Shown here: positions 1 through 13,960 of the stretch, piece by piece
How the letters are laid out: the number at the start of each line of letters is the position of its first letter
How positions within the stretch are numbered: the first letter of the stretch is position 1
Translations under genes and position numbers: made by a program
Notes under the pieces: generated by a model
Databases searched by the model: none
What the model saw: only the letters and a program-made list of their open reading frames with translations
What the model was told of the DNA's origin: nothing
Assembly: GCA_951406725.2 (NCBI GenBank)
Contig: OX597823.1
Location: 112,406,001 to 112,470,000, forward strand
Reading direction: 5' to 3'
DNA from: Octopus vulgaris
Taxonomy: Eukaryota
DNA: 64,000 nucleotides

Positions 1-20
1 ATTGTTATTATTATTATTGC

Positions 21-83
<63 letters not shown>

Positions 84-212
84 CATTGTTATTATTATCA
101 TTGCTAATATTATTATTATTATTATTATTATTATTATCATCATTGTTATTATTATTATTGCTATTATTATTATTATTATTATTATTATCATCATTGTTAT
201 TATTATTATTGC

Positions 213-278
<66 letters not shown>

Positions 279-280
279 CA

Positions 281-371
<91 letters not shown>

Positions 372-379
372 CATTATCA

Positions 380-440
<61 letters not shown>

Positions 441-448
441 CATTATCA

Positions 449-488
<40 letters not shown>

Positions 489-512
489 CATCATTGTTAT
501 TATTATTATTGC

Positions 513-564
<52 letters not shown>

Positions 565-586
565 TCATTGTTATTATTATTATTGC

Positions 587-631
<45 letters not shown>

Positions 632-639
632 CATTATCA

Positions 640-688
<49 letters not shown>

Positions 689-696
689 CATTATCA

Positions 697-745
<49 letters not shown>

Positions 746-753
746 CATTATCA

Positions 754-835
<82 letters not shown>

Positions 836-845
836 TATCATTATT
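1..845. repeat. (ATT)n microsatellite array with periodic ATC/GTT/GCT interruptions
   Basis: Directly visible; explains the poly-L/Y/I ORFs. Confidence 0.97.
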
Positions 846-861
846 AGTGTTAATAAAACTT

Positions 862-1068
862 TGAGCTGGCAGAATCGTTAGCAAGCTGGATGAAACGCCT
901 AGTGGTTTTTCACCCGTCATTATGTTTTGAGTTCAAATTCCACCAAGATCCACTTTCCCTTTCATCCTTTTGGGGTCGACAGATTAAGTACCAGTGAAAC
1001 ACTGAGGTCGATGTAATGGACTAATCTCCTCCCAACAAATTTCAGGATTTGTGCTTTCAGTAGAATGG
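862..1068 (+). mobile_element. SINE family A (tRNA-like head, Meta-domain-like body), diverged copy
   Basis: GAGCTGGCAGAATCGTTAGC head; CTTTCATCCTTTTGGGGTCGA..TAAGTACCAG body shared with many copies in the window. Confidence 0.8.
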
Positions 1069-1074
1069 ACTTAG

Positions 1075-1146
<72 letters not shown>

Positions 1147-1199
1147 GTCATCATCATTATCATCATCGTCATTATCATCATCATCATCATCATCAAGCT

Positions 1200-1835
1200 A
1201 GTACATGCTAATTTAATTAGTGAGAGTGTTGTCTTGAGGTTTGGTGAAAACAAGTCTCCTCAAATCTCAATAAATTTTCTTAGCATGCTTGCAGAATATA
1301 GGATGATACTTTTCAATAAGTTGACAATGAATGTCTCAATTTCAATATCTTTCAGTCGCTTTTGTACCATTTTGGGTGTTGGGCCAAGTGCACCAGTCAC
1401 TTTAGGAACAATTATGCTGTTAATCTTCTACAGTCTTTTCAGCTCTCTAGCTAGATTCTGATGTTTCTCAATTTTTTCTCCATTTCTTTGGTATTTATTC
1501 CATTATCATAGGGAATTGCAAATTCTATGATCTTACACTGTTTATTTTTCTCTATATAATTATATCAGGTCTTCTTGCTTGAATTGTATGGGCACCATTT
1601 ATAGGGAGATCCTATCCGATAATTCTCATTTTCTATCAGCACCTGGTACATACTTATACTTACCTGTTATTTTGAAGCCACATATTCAACTAACATCTAA
1701 ATCACTCTTTTATCTACATAGTCATACCTGCACTTATACTCTTTTTATGTCAGCTTACTGCACTCACTTAAGAGACAATTGATAATTTCATCTCCTTTCC
1801 TGCAGATTCTACATTTGCTGTTTAATTGAGTTTTG
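1200..1835 (-). mobile_element. 3' fragment of RLE-type (R4/Dong-like) non-LTR retrotransposon
   Basis: Minus-strand CRIC..EIINCLLSEC knuckle, ARRPDI and IVPKVTGALG motifs; followed on the minus strand by (TGA)n/(TAA)n. Confidence 0.8.
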
Positions 1836-2860
1836 TCGATTTTTATCATTATTATAATTGTTATTTTTGTTGTTGTCATCGTTATCACCACCACCACCAC
1901 CACCATTATCATCATCATCACCATCATTATCATCATGCATTTCATGAGTATTATTGATTCTTGAAAAGTACACAAAATGTATTCATTTCTCTCTAAAGCC
2001 AGACTATAGTTAGAACATTACCAAATGACATTTGTTTTCGTAGTACTTGAAATGAAGAAATATAATTACTTGAAGAAAACCTTCTCTCACTACCCAAGGG
2101 TAGAAAAAACAAAGAGGGTTATTTACTTGCATTTTTTTTTTTTTCATGCATGAAATTTTCACTTTAAAAATGGTGGCCCAACACAATTGCAATATATGAC
2201 TAAATGTATTTCAACAGCAAACAAGCAAAAAAAACCATTGTGGGATGACGTCAGCAGCTGGGGAGCTGACCGGAGTTTGGGGCTGACCGGAAGGGGCAGC
2301 TGTGATGCATGCACACAGCGAGCGGGGGATTCTGCCTTTTCGAGTCAGGTCGCCGAGGGGTTAAGACGGGTGATTCACATTGTTACGGTTGGGTGAAGCA
2401 GCTGCTATCTCTAGCATTTGGGTTGGGCTGTGTTGAAGAATCCGTTACCGCTGAAGGGTCTCCATGTGAGCAAAGAGAAGGTAGGGGCCTTTATTTCGAA
2501 TCTCTCACATACACCACACCCATAATACATAAACATAATACACAGCTAACAGAAATAAAAGGAGAAAAATAACATTTAAATGAGCATTCAATACTGAAAA
2601 ACATTCCAAATAATCTAACTGGTAATTTTGAAAAGTGTGAGAGTAACAAAAGTGATGGGGACATTTATGTAGAGTCACAAATGCTAGATCACTTATACAG
2701 TACTTGTCTTAGCTCAGTTCTACAAGAAACAGAATATTTGAACTTAGCATAGTTCCAACAAATAAAAAAAAATGCAATTGGAAGAATGTTGTAAGACCCA
2801 ACTCTGTTTTATTGCCACATGATCTAATCCAAGAGAGAAGAAAGTAAAAAATATATAGCT

Positions 2861-3266
2861 GGAGTGGCTGTGTGGTAAGTAGCTTGTTTACCAACCACAT
2901 GGTTCCGGGTTCAGTCCCACTGCGTGGCATCTTGGGCAAGTATCTTCTGCTATAGCCTTGGGCCGACCAATGCCTTGTGAGTGGATTTGGTAGATGGAAA
3001 CTGAAAGAAGCCTGTCGTATATATGTATATATAAATATGTATGTGTGTGTATATGTATGTGTGTCTGTGTTTCTCCCCCTAGCATCGCTTGACAACCGAT
3101 GCTGGTGTGTTTACGTCCCCATCACTTAGCGGTTCAGCAAAAACAGACTGATAGAATAAGTATTGGGCTTACAAAGAATAAATCCCGGGGTCAATTTTCT
3201 CGACTAAAGGTGGTGCTCCAGCATGGCCGCAGTCAAATGACTGAAACAAGTAAAAGAGTAAAAGAG
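2861..3266 (+). mobile_element. SINE family B (tRNA-like head, CORE-like domain, internal microsatellite)
   Basis: GGAGTGGCTGTGTGGTAAG head, GGTTCAGTCCC B-box-like, CTTGGGCAAG core, GAAACAAGTAAAAGAG tail. Confidence 0.88.
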
Positions 3267-3369
3267 CTGCTTTAGTAAAGATGGACCTGAATCTTCCTGC
3301 ATAAGAATTACACCAAGCACTTCAAAATATCTTGGAAGAAATAATCTCAACAGAAGAGGTACGATTTAG

Positions 3370-3820
3370 CATTATCTGCTGGACCAAATGATGCAGAAAC
3401 TTAGAAAAAGAGCCTAGATTAGTCAACATCCACTCCTATTTTATTGCAAGACAACGCCTGACCATACATCGCAAAAATGACATTGGTGAAACTCCAGGAG
3501 TTGGAATTGGAAGTTCTCCATCATCCACCATATTCACTTGATCTTGCTCCTACTGGCTACCACTTCTTCCAGAATTTGGATAACTTTTAAATTGGGAAAA
3601 AATTTAATTCTGACGATGCTGTAAAACAGGCCTTCCAAGATTTTATTGACTCTAGATTGCCAGGCTTTTACAGTTCTGGGCTGGACAAGCTACTGCTGAA
3701 ATGGTAAAAAATTATTGATGAAATGGGTGAATACTTTGGTGAATAAAACTATTCTTTGTATTTATAAAACATTAGCAAACTTTTTTCTTTTCTATAAATT
3801 TCATACTTGATGACCTAATA
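3370..3820 (+). mobile_element. mariner transposase C-terminal relic with right TIR
   Basis: Translates LLQDNA*PYIAK..LEVLHHPPYSLDLAPTGYHFFQNLDNFL..GEYF with stops; ends TGATGACCTAATA, typical of a mariner TIR plus TA. Confidence 0.9.
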
Positions 3821-4782
3821 TTTATATTCCCTTATTCTGGCCTATTTTTCATTTCATATATAAGTTCCTATAGCCAGGCCATTTCCCTGTTGTGCTATAC
3901 CTTTTTGCTTCAAATATCTGACCAAAGTCCCTTGCTGCTTCAGTATTTGGTACATTATTTTCCTGATGTTCATTCTCATTATTTAACTGTTGTTAATGTT
4001 TTCTCTGATTGATTCTGAAGAGCCTGAACTTCTGGGTGTAACTTATTCTTTGTATATAGGTTTATTTTTTTATATTACCTTAATTTTTTGGCTTATCTCT
4101 GCTCTATTTTCTTGTAATCCTTTGAGTCTGATGTTGTACTTTTTTGAGTGCACTTCTGCATCTTTCCTTCATTGGTTTTTCAAATATTTTCCAAGATGTT
4201 TCTTGAACTATTCCATTTGATACTCAACCTTCTGCTAATCATTATCATCATTAAAGTTATTACATGCTACTTTAATTAACAGGGATAATGTCTAGAAGTT
4301 TGGTGACAACAAATCTCAAATCTCAAGAATCTTTCATAGAATTCCTGCAAAATACAGGACTACACTCTTCTGCACATCAACAGTGAGCATCACAAATGCA
4401 GTCTCCTTCAGCTTCTTAGGTTGCAATCGGGTTGTGAAAAGTGCACTAATTACCACAGGTAGTTGTCACACGTCTTCATTTCTCTGGCCAGGTCTTGATA
4501 TTTCTCGATTTCCTCAGTTTCTTTGCTATCATCTCCATTATTATATGGTATTGCAAAGTCTCTGACCTTACACTGTTTCCAATGGTGTTTAAATTTTTTG
4601 TTTTTTGCCCTTTACAAACATTTCTGGTCTCCTAGATTCAGTAATATGTTCGTTCATGGTGGAGAAATCTTTTAAGACCTTGTAATTATTACTCTCTATC
4701 ACAGCTTCTCTTACTTTGAATCCATGCATTTGACTAACATCCTAATGCACTCTTTTAGCTATAGCCATACTTGCACTTACTG

Positions 4783-5014
4783 AAGGCAGCGAGCTGGCAG
4801 AAACGTTAGTGCACTGGGTGAGACACTTAGAGGTATTTCATCTGTCGTTACATTCTGAGTTCAAATTCACCGAGGTCAACTTTACCTTTCATCCTTTCGG
4901 GATCGATTAAATAAGTACCAGTTTCGCACTGGGGTCGATGTAATCCACTTAATCCCTTTCTCTGTCCTTGTTTGTCCCCTCTATGTTTAGCCCCTTGTGA
5001 GTAGTAAAGAAATA
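4783..5014 (+). mobile_element. SINE family A, full length
   Basis: Head GGCAGCGAGCTGGCAGAAACG to tail GTAGTAAAGAAAT. Confidence 0.88.
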
Positions 5015-5274
5015 TGCCTGCTCTTACTGCATTCCCTCAAGGGATTGTTAATATCTTTCTTTCCTATTCCACAGATTTGGCTTGTTTCTGAGTGGCTATA
5101 ATTCAGCAGTTGGGTTCTTGTTTTCAGTTTCTGCCCATCAGACACAACCGTTGCACTTGAATTCCAACATTTTTGGTTCATTGCATGAATTGGCCATGTA
5201 ATTCCTTCCTTCTCTTTCTGTCTACTTGATCTGTCGTTCTTCCTTCTGTTCTTCTATTTCTGTTACATTTTGCA

Positions 5275-5675
5275 CTAGCAGTATCGCCCGGCATTGTTCG
5301 GGTTTGTAAGGGAAATAACTATATAAGCATTTTTAGAGAGTTATAGCCAAAAAATAGCAAAAAAATGCATCAAAAATGGAAAAAAAATGATGGTAAATTT
5401 TTTTTTAAATCGTTGACTCATCGTAGACATTTTTAGAGAGTTACTTCCCTTATATAATAGCGAAAAAATGCATTAAAATGGAAAAAAATGATGGTAATTT
5501 TTTTTTTAAATCGTAGACTCATCGTAGACACGCACTAATACCCAGAAGGGCTCGATATGAATCACGACTATAAGATACCCGGTTTTGGTTAAACTGCACT
5601 GCAAAATGTGGGAGTAGTTAGGAATCTAAATCGTAGGAGACAGACAGCACCCAACCTCTCTTTTATATATAAAGA
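5275..5675 (-). mobile_element. Non-autonomous Helitron
   Basis: Minus strand A|TC start, CCCG..CGGG subterminal hairpin, CTAG|T end. Confidence 0.8.
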
Positions 5676-6499
5676 TATATCAGCAGCTGTATGTAGCATC
5701 CTTTCTTCACAACGTACACCATAGTTTTACAAACCCAATATCACAGTACCAAAGGCATCTTCTACATTTATCAGTCTTCTGACTCCTTCCTTTCTTAGTA
5801 GAGCCTCTTGGTATTACTTTTAGGGTGCTGCACACTCTGCATTCTGAGCAGTTTCCTAGTTCTTCTAAATTCTCTAGCTTGCTCTTTGTCCATTTTAGAA
5901 AAGGATCAGAGTATTTTAATACTAACATAGTCCTTGTATTGCTTCTTTTGATAATATTAGCTTTATTTAACTTTGCTTTGAGTAGCCTTATAATTCTTCT
6001 CTTGCATTCTTTGGAGATTTTCCCTCTCATTTCTCCTTCCATTATCTTGTCATCTTGCAGCATCCCTACGTACTTGAATCCATCATTAGCCCTTACTTAT
6101 CTAAGGATTTTGTCTGGTGAAAATTTTATACCATCAAAGTTTATCTTTCAGCCATAATTAACACTGCACTCTTATTTACCTCAAACTCTATACTAATATC
6201 CTGTGTGAATACTATCACTGCTTGGATTTCGGAATCCAGATCTTTTTCACATTTTATACGCAGTTTCACGCCAGCCATATAAGTAAAATATTTATAATAC
6301 TCTTTACACACACACGCACACACACAAATACATAGATACACACACACACGCACACACACAAATACATAGATACACACACACATGCACACACACAACTATA
6401 TATGCACATATATATATATACATTATCAGCCTAAACAGATATATTTTCCTAAAATGCTTTACACAACAATTATTTTGATTATGCTTGCAAAATACATAT

Positions 6500-6790
<291 letters not shown>

Positions 6791-7792
6791 ATGTGTGTAA
6801 GTATGAATATGTATGTCATATATATGTGTCTATACATATGTAAGCACACATTCTTCTTTGATAAAATGGCTATTTGCCAGTTTATACACTTCATCAATAT
6901 AATATGTAAATTTTTGAACAAAGACCAAAAATAAATAAATGAAACAAATACAAAATAGGAACAAAAACAATATAAAAAAAAACTTAATGAAATACATAAT
7001 AATAAATAAACATAAAATAAATAGACATAATATATATATAAAAAAAGATATATGAAAGAAACTGGACCGAAATAGATCAAACGAAATTTGGGTGGGGATG
7101 AAGGAATCGGTGTATATATATATCAGAGCAAAACTATTATTTAGTTAAATTATTAGATACAGAGACCATATTAAATCAATGAACAGATGTGGGAAGAACA
7201 AAAGACTAAATCAAGAAACAATACAAAATAAGAATAGGAATTCTTTACTTTGGCTCAGGAAGCACAAAATTATTGCAAGGTTTGGCAGAGTAGGGTTGTG
7301 ATGGTTTAATTGACTCCCCGACCACTACCCACCACCACCACCCATACAGATGTGTTGGCTGTTTTCAACTTTATTGCTCTTGTTTATTTTATTAACCCTA
7401 GAGGGAAGAAATGAAAAGTCAGCTCATCTCATCAGCCAATTCTTCTTCCAAGATGGGATTTGAACTCAGAATGTAAATGAATACAAAATGGGATTTCAGT
7501 AAATATTCTACATAGACAATATTTTACGTAGGATGTGGACAGTTCCCACGAGCACTATTTTTAGAATTTCTTCCATTTTTGGATTTCCTAGTATCTGAGC
7601 AAGGTAGTAATCAACCCTTTTTGCTATCATTCCGAGGACACCTATGACAACAGCTATTTTTTTTTAGTCTTGAGGTTCCACATTTTGCCAATTTCTATTT
7701 CTTTATGCTTGTTCAATTTTTGGTAGGTTTTGACAGATACATTTATGTTGATTGGAATAGTCATATTGATAAGGAGGCATGACTTTTGTCTA

Positions 7793-7843
<51 letters not shown>

Positions 7844-7844
7844 T

Positions 7845-8030
7845 AGGTGGTAAGCTGGCAGAATTTTTAGCACACTGGATGAAAAGTTTAGTGGCACTTT
7901 GCCCATTGCTACATTTCTAAGTTTAAATTCTCACCTTTCAGGGTTTGATAGATTAAGTACCTGTGAAACACTGGGGTTGATGTAATTGACTAGTCTCCTC
8001 CCGCCAAATTTCAAGCTTTGTGCCTACAAC
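7845..8030 (+). mobile_element. SINE family A, degenerate
   Basis: AAGCTGGCAGAA head and TAAGTACC..CTGGGGTTGATGTAAT body. Confidence 0.7.
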
Positions 8031-8936
8031 AGAGACGATTATTATTATTATTATTATTACTATCACTATCAGAAATGCCACCCAGATGATAGTTTTATGC
8101 TAACAATAATATTGCTAATTAATATAGTTTCTTTTATTCCCAGGTTCCCAATGTTTCTCTCTGTAGCTTCACTGGTATTTTTTGAGGCATTAGCATAGTG
8201 GTATTCTTTAACTCTAAAGTAATCTTGTCTGATGTAGACTTCATAACATTCACTATTCCTGATTTTATATACCATTTAGGGCCACAGACATATATTTTCA
8301 TCTTTGATCAGGCGGTTGGGCAATGTACATAAGGTGTTCTTTTGGCCTATTTTTTGTTAGGACCCTCCTCAGGGAAGGTTCTGAGTGTACAAGTCAAATA
8401 TTCAATCCTTCCTTATGAATCACAAAGTGAATTGCAACCATTGTTTTCTCATTGAAATGTGGCAATTACAAAAAACTCATGTATGAGATTTATTATGTGT
8501 TCTGCTGATGTGTGTGTGTGTGCAGGCACACGTGCATGTGTGTAGATGCATACACACACACATATACACATGCACACACAAACTTGCACACATACATACA
8601 CATACTTACACACACATATGTATATATACTGATAAAAGCTTTTGTGTATGGTGCAGGCATGATATTCCACATCTGTCACTACTTCTGTGAAACAGGGGTG
8701 ATGCTGATACTCCTTGATGAGATTGTAACTAGTTGCTATGTTCTGTTGTTTCTGGGGAGAGTCATTTTCTTTTTGTGCCTTATAATGTAACACACTCACT
8801 GGTAAAATTTCCACTCATTTCTTATTTTTATTTTCCTAAAATTTTCGTTGCATCTTGCAACCTTTTCAATAGTCTTGACTCTGTCCGTTAATTACACTGC
8901 GTTCCTTTTTGTTTGTTTGTGCACATGTGTGTGGGT

Positions 8937-8980
<44 letters not shown>

Positions 8981-10194
8981 CTATGCATGCAATCATGTAC
9001 GTATGTATGTATGCATGTGTATGTATGTATGTATGTGTGTGTATGTATACATGTGTGTGTATGTACGTGTGTGCATCTGTATGTATTCTGCATATTCATG
9101 TGCTTGCATGTCCATGTTTGTGTATTTTTTATGTATGTGTGTGTGTGTGAGCGTGTGTTTGTATATGTATGCACCTCTGTGTGTGCATGTCTGTGTGTGT
9201 GTATGTATTTTGCAACTATGTACCATGTTAGTATGTATGGACGTGCATCTCTATATATGTGGACATGTGTCTCCATGTGTGTCCTTGTGTGGAGTAAAGT
9301 GTGTGTGTATATATGGTCATGTGTTTCAGTCTCCAGCTCTCCCCAGACACAACAGAATATGCTTCAACACACGAACTCACATAAAGAATCTTGCAAACCA
9401 AATCCAAAAACGAAATATAGTTACTCTGTGCTTACACAGAATTCAGGAATAAATACAATAGTTTATTTTGTAAAAAATAAGTAAAGGTTGGTGAGAAGGT
9501 AAGCATCTATTGGTAAAATGTAAAATCTTGCTTCAAATAATTCCCTATCTAACCAATTGTAGCAGAACCCCTCATCCAGAAAACAGACATGGTGTAGTGA
9601 TACAGCTATGATTTATGCTAGAGTTATGTAAGGTCATAACATTCAGTGCCCCCCAGTAGATTGAGGATGTCATGGGTTTGCGGTTAGGTAATTAGATCCA
9701 CAATGTACCTATTTGGGGGTTTGGTACAGGGAAAGGGTAGCAGTGAAAAGAAGCCTTAAAATAGAAAAATGCTTCATTATGGATATGAGAGATGCATGTG
9801 GGATAAATTGACTGCATTGATATCCAAAAACAAATCCTCAGTGAATTGTAAAGTACTCAAGTTGCTGAAAGGAGTGGTTGTCACTGCACTCAACTTTAAG
9901 TTAATGGCAAATGGAAATTAGAGAGGAAAAGCATGCAACGTCGCAGACCAAAGAATTCAGACATTTCCAAGTAGCAACAATACAGCTCAGAAGTGCCGGA
10001 AGAAATGTAGTATTGTCAAAAAGAGGAAATATTGTTTATTTCTAGTCAACAAATCATAAATGAACTGCCTTACAGTTCAAGTTATATGCAATACATATGC
10101 ATGCACTCAGACATACATGCATAGATGTATGCCTCATTGTTCAGTTTTATTTCAAGATTTCTTGCTACTAGAAAAAGAGCCAGTTTCTAACTTC

Positions 10195-10297
10195 GACTGG
10201 GGATCTGGGAAACCTGGAGCCTGGTGCAGCCTTCTGGCTTCCCAGATCCCCGGTCAAACCGTCTAACCCATGCTAGCATGGAGAACGGACGTTAAAC

Positions 10298-10328
<31 letters not shown>

Positions 10329-10597
10329 CAAGGCTCCTTCATTGGAATTTCAACATCAATAACAGGGTATTTTTGCATGTATGTATGTATGTATGTATGT
10401 GTATGTATGTATGTATGTATGTATGTATGTATGTATGTATGTATGCATGCATATATGTATGTGGAGTGGTTGGCGTTAGGAAGGGCATCCAGCTGTAGAA
10501 ACACAGCCAGATCTGACTGGCCTGGTGCAGCCTTCGGGCTTCCCAGACTCCAGTTGAACCGTCCAACCCATGCTAGCATGGAAGGCGGACGTTAAAC

Positions 10598-10631
<34 letters not shown>

Positions 10632-11347
10632 CATATATGTATGTATGTATGTATGGATGGATGGATGGATGGATGGATGGATGGATGGATGCATGTATGT
10701 ATGTAAGTATAAGTGCAGATTTTATGTTTTACTTTATGTATTCTCATGAAGACCTCTGCTTGTGAAGACCTGTTAGGGCAAGTGAAATTTGAATCGAAAT
10801 TGAACCAATCCTATGACTGGCACCCGGCAGTTGCCAGTGCTGCTGGACTGACTCCTGTGCAGGTGGCAAGTAAAGAAACACCGTTTCGACCCTGTGCTTG
10901 AGGAGACCTATTGAGTCAAGTACATCAACATCAAAAATCAATGGAAATTGTAGCTGTGATCCCTGTGCTGGTGGCACGTAAAAAGCACCATCTGAACGTG
11001 GCCGATGCCAGCGCCACCTTGACTGGCTTCCATGCCAGTGGCATGTAAAATGCACCATCCAAACATGGCCGATACCAGCGCCGCCTTGACTGCCAGTGGC
11101 ACGTAAAAAGCACCAATCCGATCATGGCCGTTGCCAGCTCTGCCTGGCACCTGTGCCGGTGGCACATAAAAAGCACCCACTACACTCAAGGAGTAGTTGG
11201 CATTAGGAAGGGCATCCAGCTGTAGAAACTCTGCCAGATCAGACTGGGGCCTGGTGCAGCCTTCTGGCTTCCCAGATCCTGGTCGAACCATCCAACCCAT
11301 GCTATCATGGAAAGCGGACGTTAAACGATGATGATGATGATGATGAT
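10195..11347 (+). mobile_element. Three copies or fragments of retroposon family D ((GAT)n-tailed, RTE-like 3' end, internal ~60 bp repeats)
   Basis: CCCATGCTAGCATGGA..GGACGTTAAACGATGATG end seen three times; GCCGGTGGCACGTAAAAAGCACC-type subrepeats at 10960-11180. Confidence 0.82.
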
Positions 11348-11349
11348 AG

Positions 11350-13960
11350 TTGCATATCTAGACATGCTCATATATGTTTAAATGATAGACTTCTGGAAAG
11401 TTTTACTGATTTTTTCCTGTTCTGGTAATTGATTGGATCTGTAGACTTCGAATTAGCTTTCTTCATTCTGGTTTTGAGAAGCCTCATTTCTCAAGATTGG
11501 TATATAGACAGTGTGTTACATATTCCAGAGCTCCAATAATTACAGGTATAAACCTGAACTTGTAATCAAGTCATTGATGGAGATGTTGCTAGTCTGATTT
11601 ACAGTTTTCCTCCTTTTCACAACCATATAACAACATTTATCCTGACCAAACTCCAACCCTACATCCTTTGAGAATGTTGTAACCAGGTCAAGGCTCTTTT
11701 TCATCTTGTGCATATTCTTTGCATGAAGTTTCAAGTTATCCACAAAGAAATAGTGTGGAATTTTGGTATTTCTGTTTCCTTGTGAACCAGTGAGACTTCA
11801 GACTTCCTTAACATGATCGATAAGGGGTTTACAGAAAGTATAAACAACACCACAGAGTGGCTGTCCCCTTAGAATATGCATTTGTGATACAATATTCTAT
11901 CAGTGATAATACAGTCACACTTTGTGTTTAATTTCAAGATAGTGGCCCATGATGAAATCAGGTCAGTTATGGCTTTGACTATGTTCACTGGAACTTTAGC
12001 AAGCTGAAGGACTTCTAGCATCCGTGAGTGGGGAACAGAATCTAAGGCTTTCTTGTAGTCTAGCCATACTGAAACTAGGTTCCGCCTGTGCTCTTGCCCA
12101 GTTATGAGGATTAACAATTGCCCAGCACATCACCAGACTCCCTTCTTCTCAGCTGCTTGTTCTGCTGTGATAATGTTATTGGTTTCACAATGGAGGAAAA
12201 GGTTTAAGCATGCTGTAGATATCTTGTGCATTAAGTTCTGGCATGCAATTGACCAGTAGCTTTTTGCCATGATGAAGGTTCTGCATTTGGGGAACAATTT
12301 TGTCTCTGTCAGAGCTAACCAGTGTGGTATGCAATTGTTCCCATTGAGAGCTCACTGGTACGGACTGATAAGATATGGTTGATAGAAGGTTAACTTCTTG
12401 TACTAATATCCAACAATCAAGTCTCTTCCAGGAACTTTTCCATTCCAGAGTTTCTGGATCACAGTTGCAAGAGTACCACCATCAATGTTGTATATCTTAG
12501 GTGTAACTCAGGAGCAATAACTTCTTCGGTTTTCTTCCAGTCACAGAGCATCTTGGTTAAACTCTTTCTCTTCACTCCAGCTCTTCCTCCAGAAGGAGTC
12601 TATGTCTTCTCATGAAGGAGCTTCTGTGATGTTCCCTGCTTCTCCTCTCGTGTCTCTGTATACTGCTGCCAAGTTCCGGTTAAATGTTTTGTTTATTGTT
12701 TTCTTCTCGGTTATTCTCTACTGATGCCAGAGTTTCTCACTGACAACTTTTAGCTCCTGCCTGAGGGTAATCACTTTGCAAGCGAGTGTCCTCTTTTTGC
12801 TGTCTCCAAACATCGTTTCTATCTCCTTCTTTGCTTTCTGTTAGTGAGACATATATTGATTTGCTTGTTTGCATGCAATATGCATGATTACATGACAGAT
12901 GGTCTTATGTAAACCAGTTATCTTTTTCTCAGTTTTCAAAACCCATGATGGTACTTTCTTTGCTGTTTCGGTTTTGTTCACTTTTTGAATGTCATTCATG
13001 TACTGCTTTTCAGTAGTAGCCAGAGCTCATAGACAGGCATTAATCTGCCAGAACGTGGGTTCATCACACTGCTGTAAATGCTCACCACTAATTTCATTAA
13101 TAGTTTTAATATGATGGTTTTTTACCTACCTTAATAGAGAATACTCTTTCTTCAAGAGATTACTTCAAAGCTAAAGTTATTTTTTCTTGGGAAATTTCAG
13201 TAAGGGCCCATTTCACCGGTATATAATCCTGACTGCCACTACTGCTACAATATTCATTGCAATTGCACCTGCTGTTTACCAAACTCGTAGAAGGGGGACA
13301 GGGGTCAGTTACTTTAGCCAGATATCTAGTTTGGCTTGCAGGCACTATGGAATCTGTTGGAATGTCACTAGCTGCAAAACCATGTGGTGGTCTTACATAA
13401 TTTACATTTTCGTTTTTGTTTATAGAGTTGAGAAGAAGGTTAATTTTCGATATTTTTAATAAAGTTACAGTTACCAACCTTCTTCCTACAAATGTTGTTT
13501 GTTGGCAAAGCTGCTTCTAAGTAAAATGATTTAATTATGGATGAAGATCATCCCAATATGATTTCAATCAATTCATATAGCCAAAGTCCATCTCTTCCTC
13601 ACTGTGGTGGGGACGCTGGCAACAGGTAGTGTCTGAGCTATGCCGTTGGGTACTTTGATTCCTGGTAGGGCCACCCAAGGCAGATTGGTCTGACACCAAG
13701 TGGTATTAGGGCCACAACCCGGCAGATGGGGCTCTGGTGAAAAATCCTCAGAGTGTCTGTTTCAGTAACCGGCGGCTCCTCGGTCGTTCTGTCCCTGCAT
13801 CTGCGGACAATCTGCGGCAAACAGGATGTCTCTACATGCAGGATTGTTGGAGACCACTTGTGAAATCCACATATTCCTACAAAACGTCTTCCAAGGAAGA
13901 GGCTGACTCAACCCACCCAGGGTGAATGTCACCACAAGTACAAGTATTATAGCCAACAGC
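11350..13960 (-). mobile_element. Decayed RLE-clade LINE, 5' region and reverse transcriptase
   Basis: WLDYKKALDSVPH and DNLKLHAK..DVGLEFGQDKC RT motifs with stops and frameshifts; GC-richer UTR-like segment at 13590-13925. Confidence 0.88.

Larger units (their letters stand above)
4255..6290 (-). mobile_element. Decayed R4/Dong-like LINE (RT thumb to RLE), interrupted by a SINE and a Helitron
   Basis: ORF remnants DISIEFEVNKSAVL and KECKRRIIRLLKAKLNKANIIK..KYS..WTK; RLE motifs near 4440-4680. Confidence 0.8.

Noticed and set aside
2-864. Long poly-L/Y/I ORFs, and the YI, CV, HT and LSIY ORFs throughout the window
   Set aside because: Translations of microsatellites
8657-8790. Hydrophobic tail ending CLIM* (CaaX-like) after TGCAG
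   Set aside because: Weak acceptor, and T-rich DNA gives hydrophobic peptides by chance
10960-11180. CRISPR-like repeat-spacer pattern in family D
   Set aside because: The 'spacers' are homologous to each other, there are no cas genes, and the context is a eukaryotic retroposon
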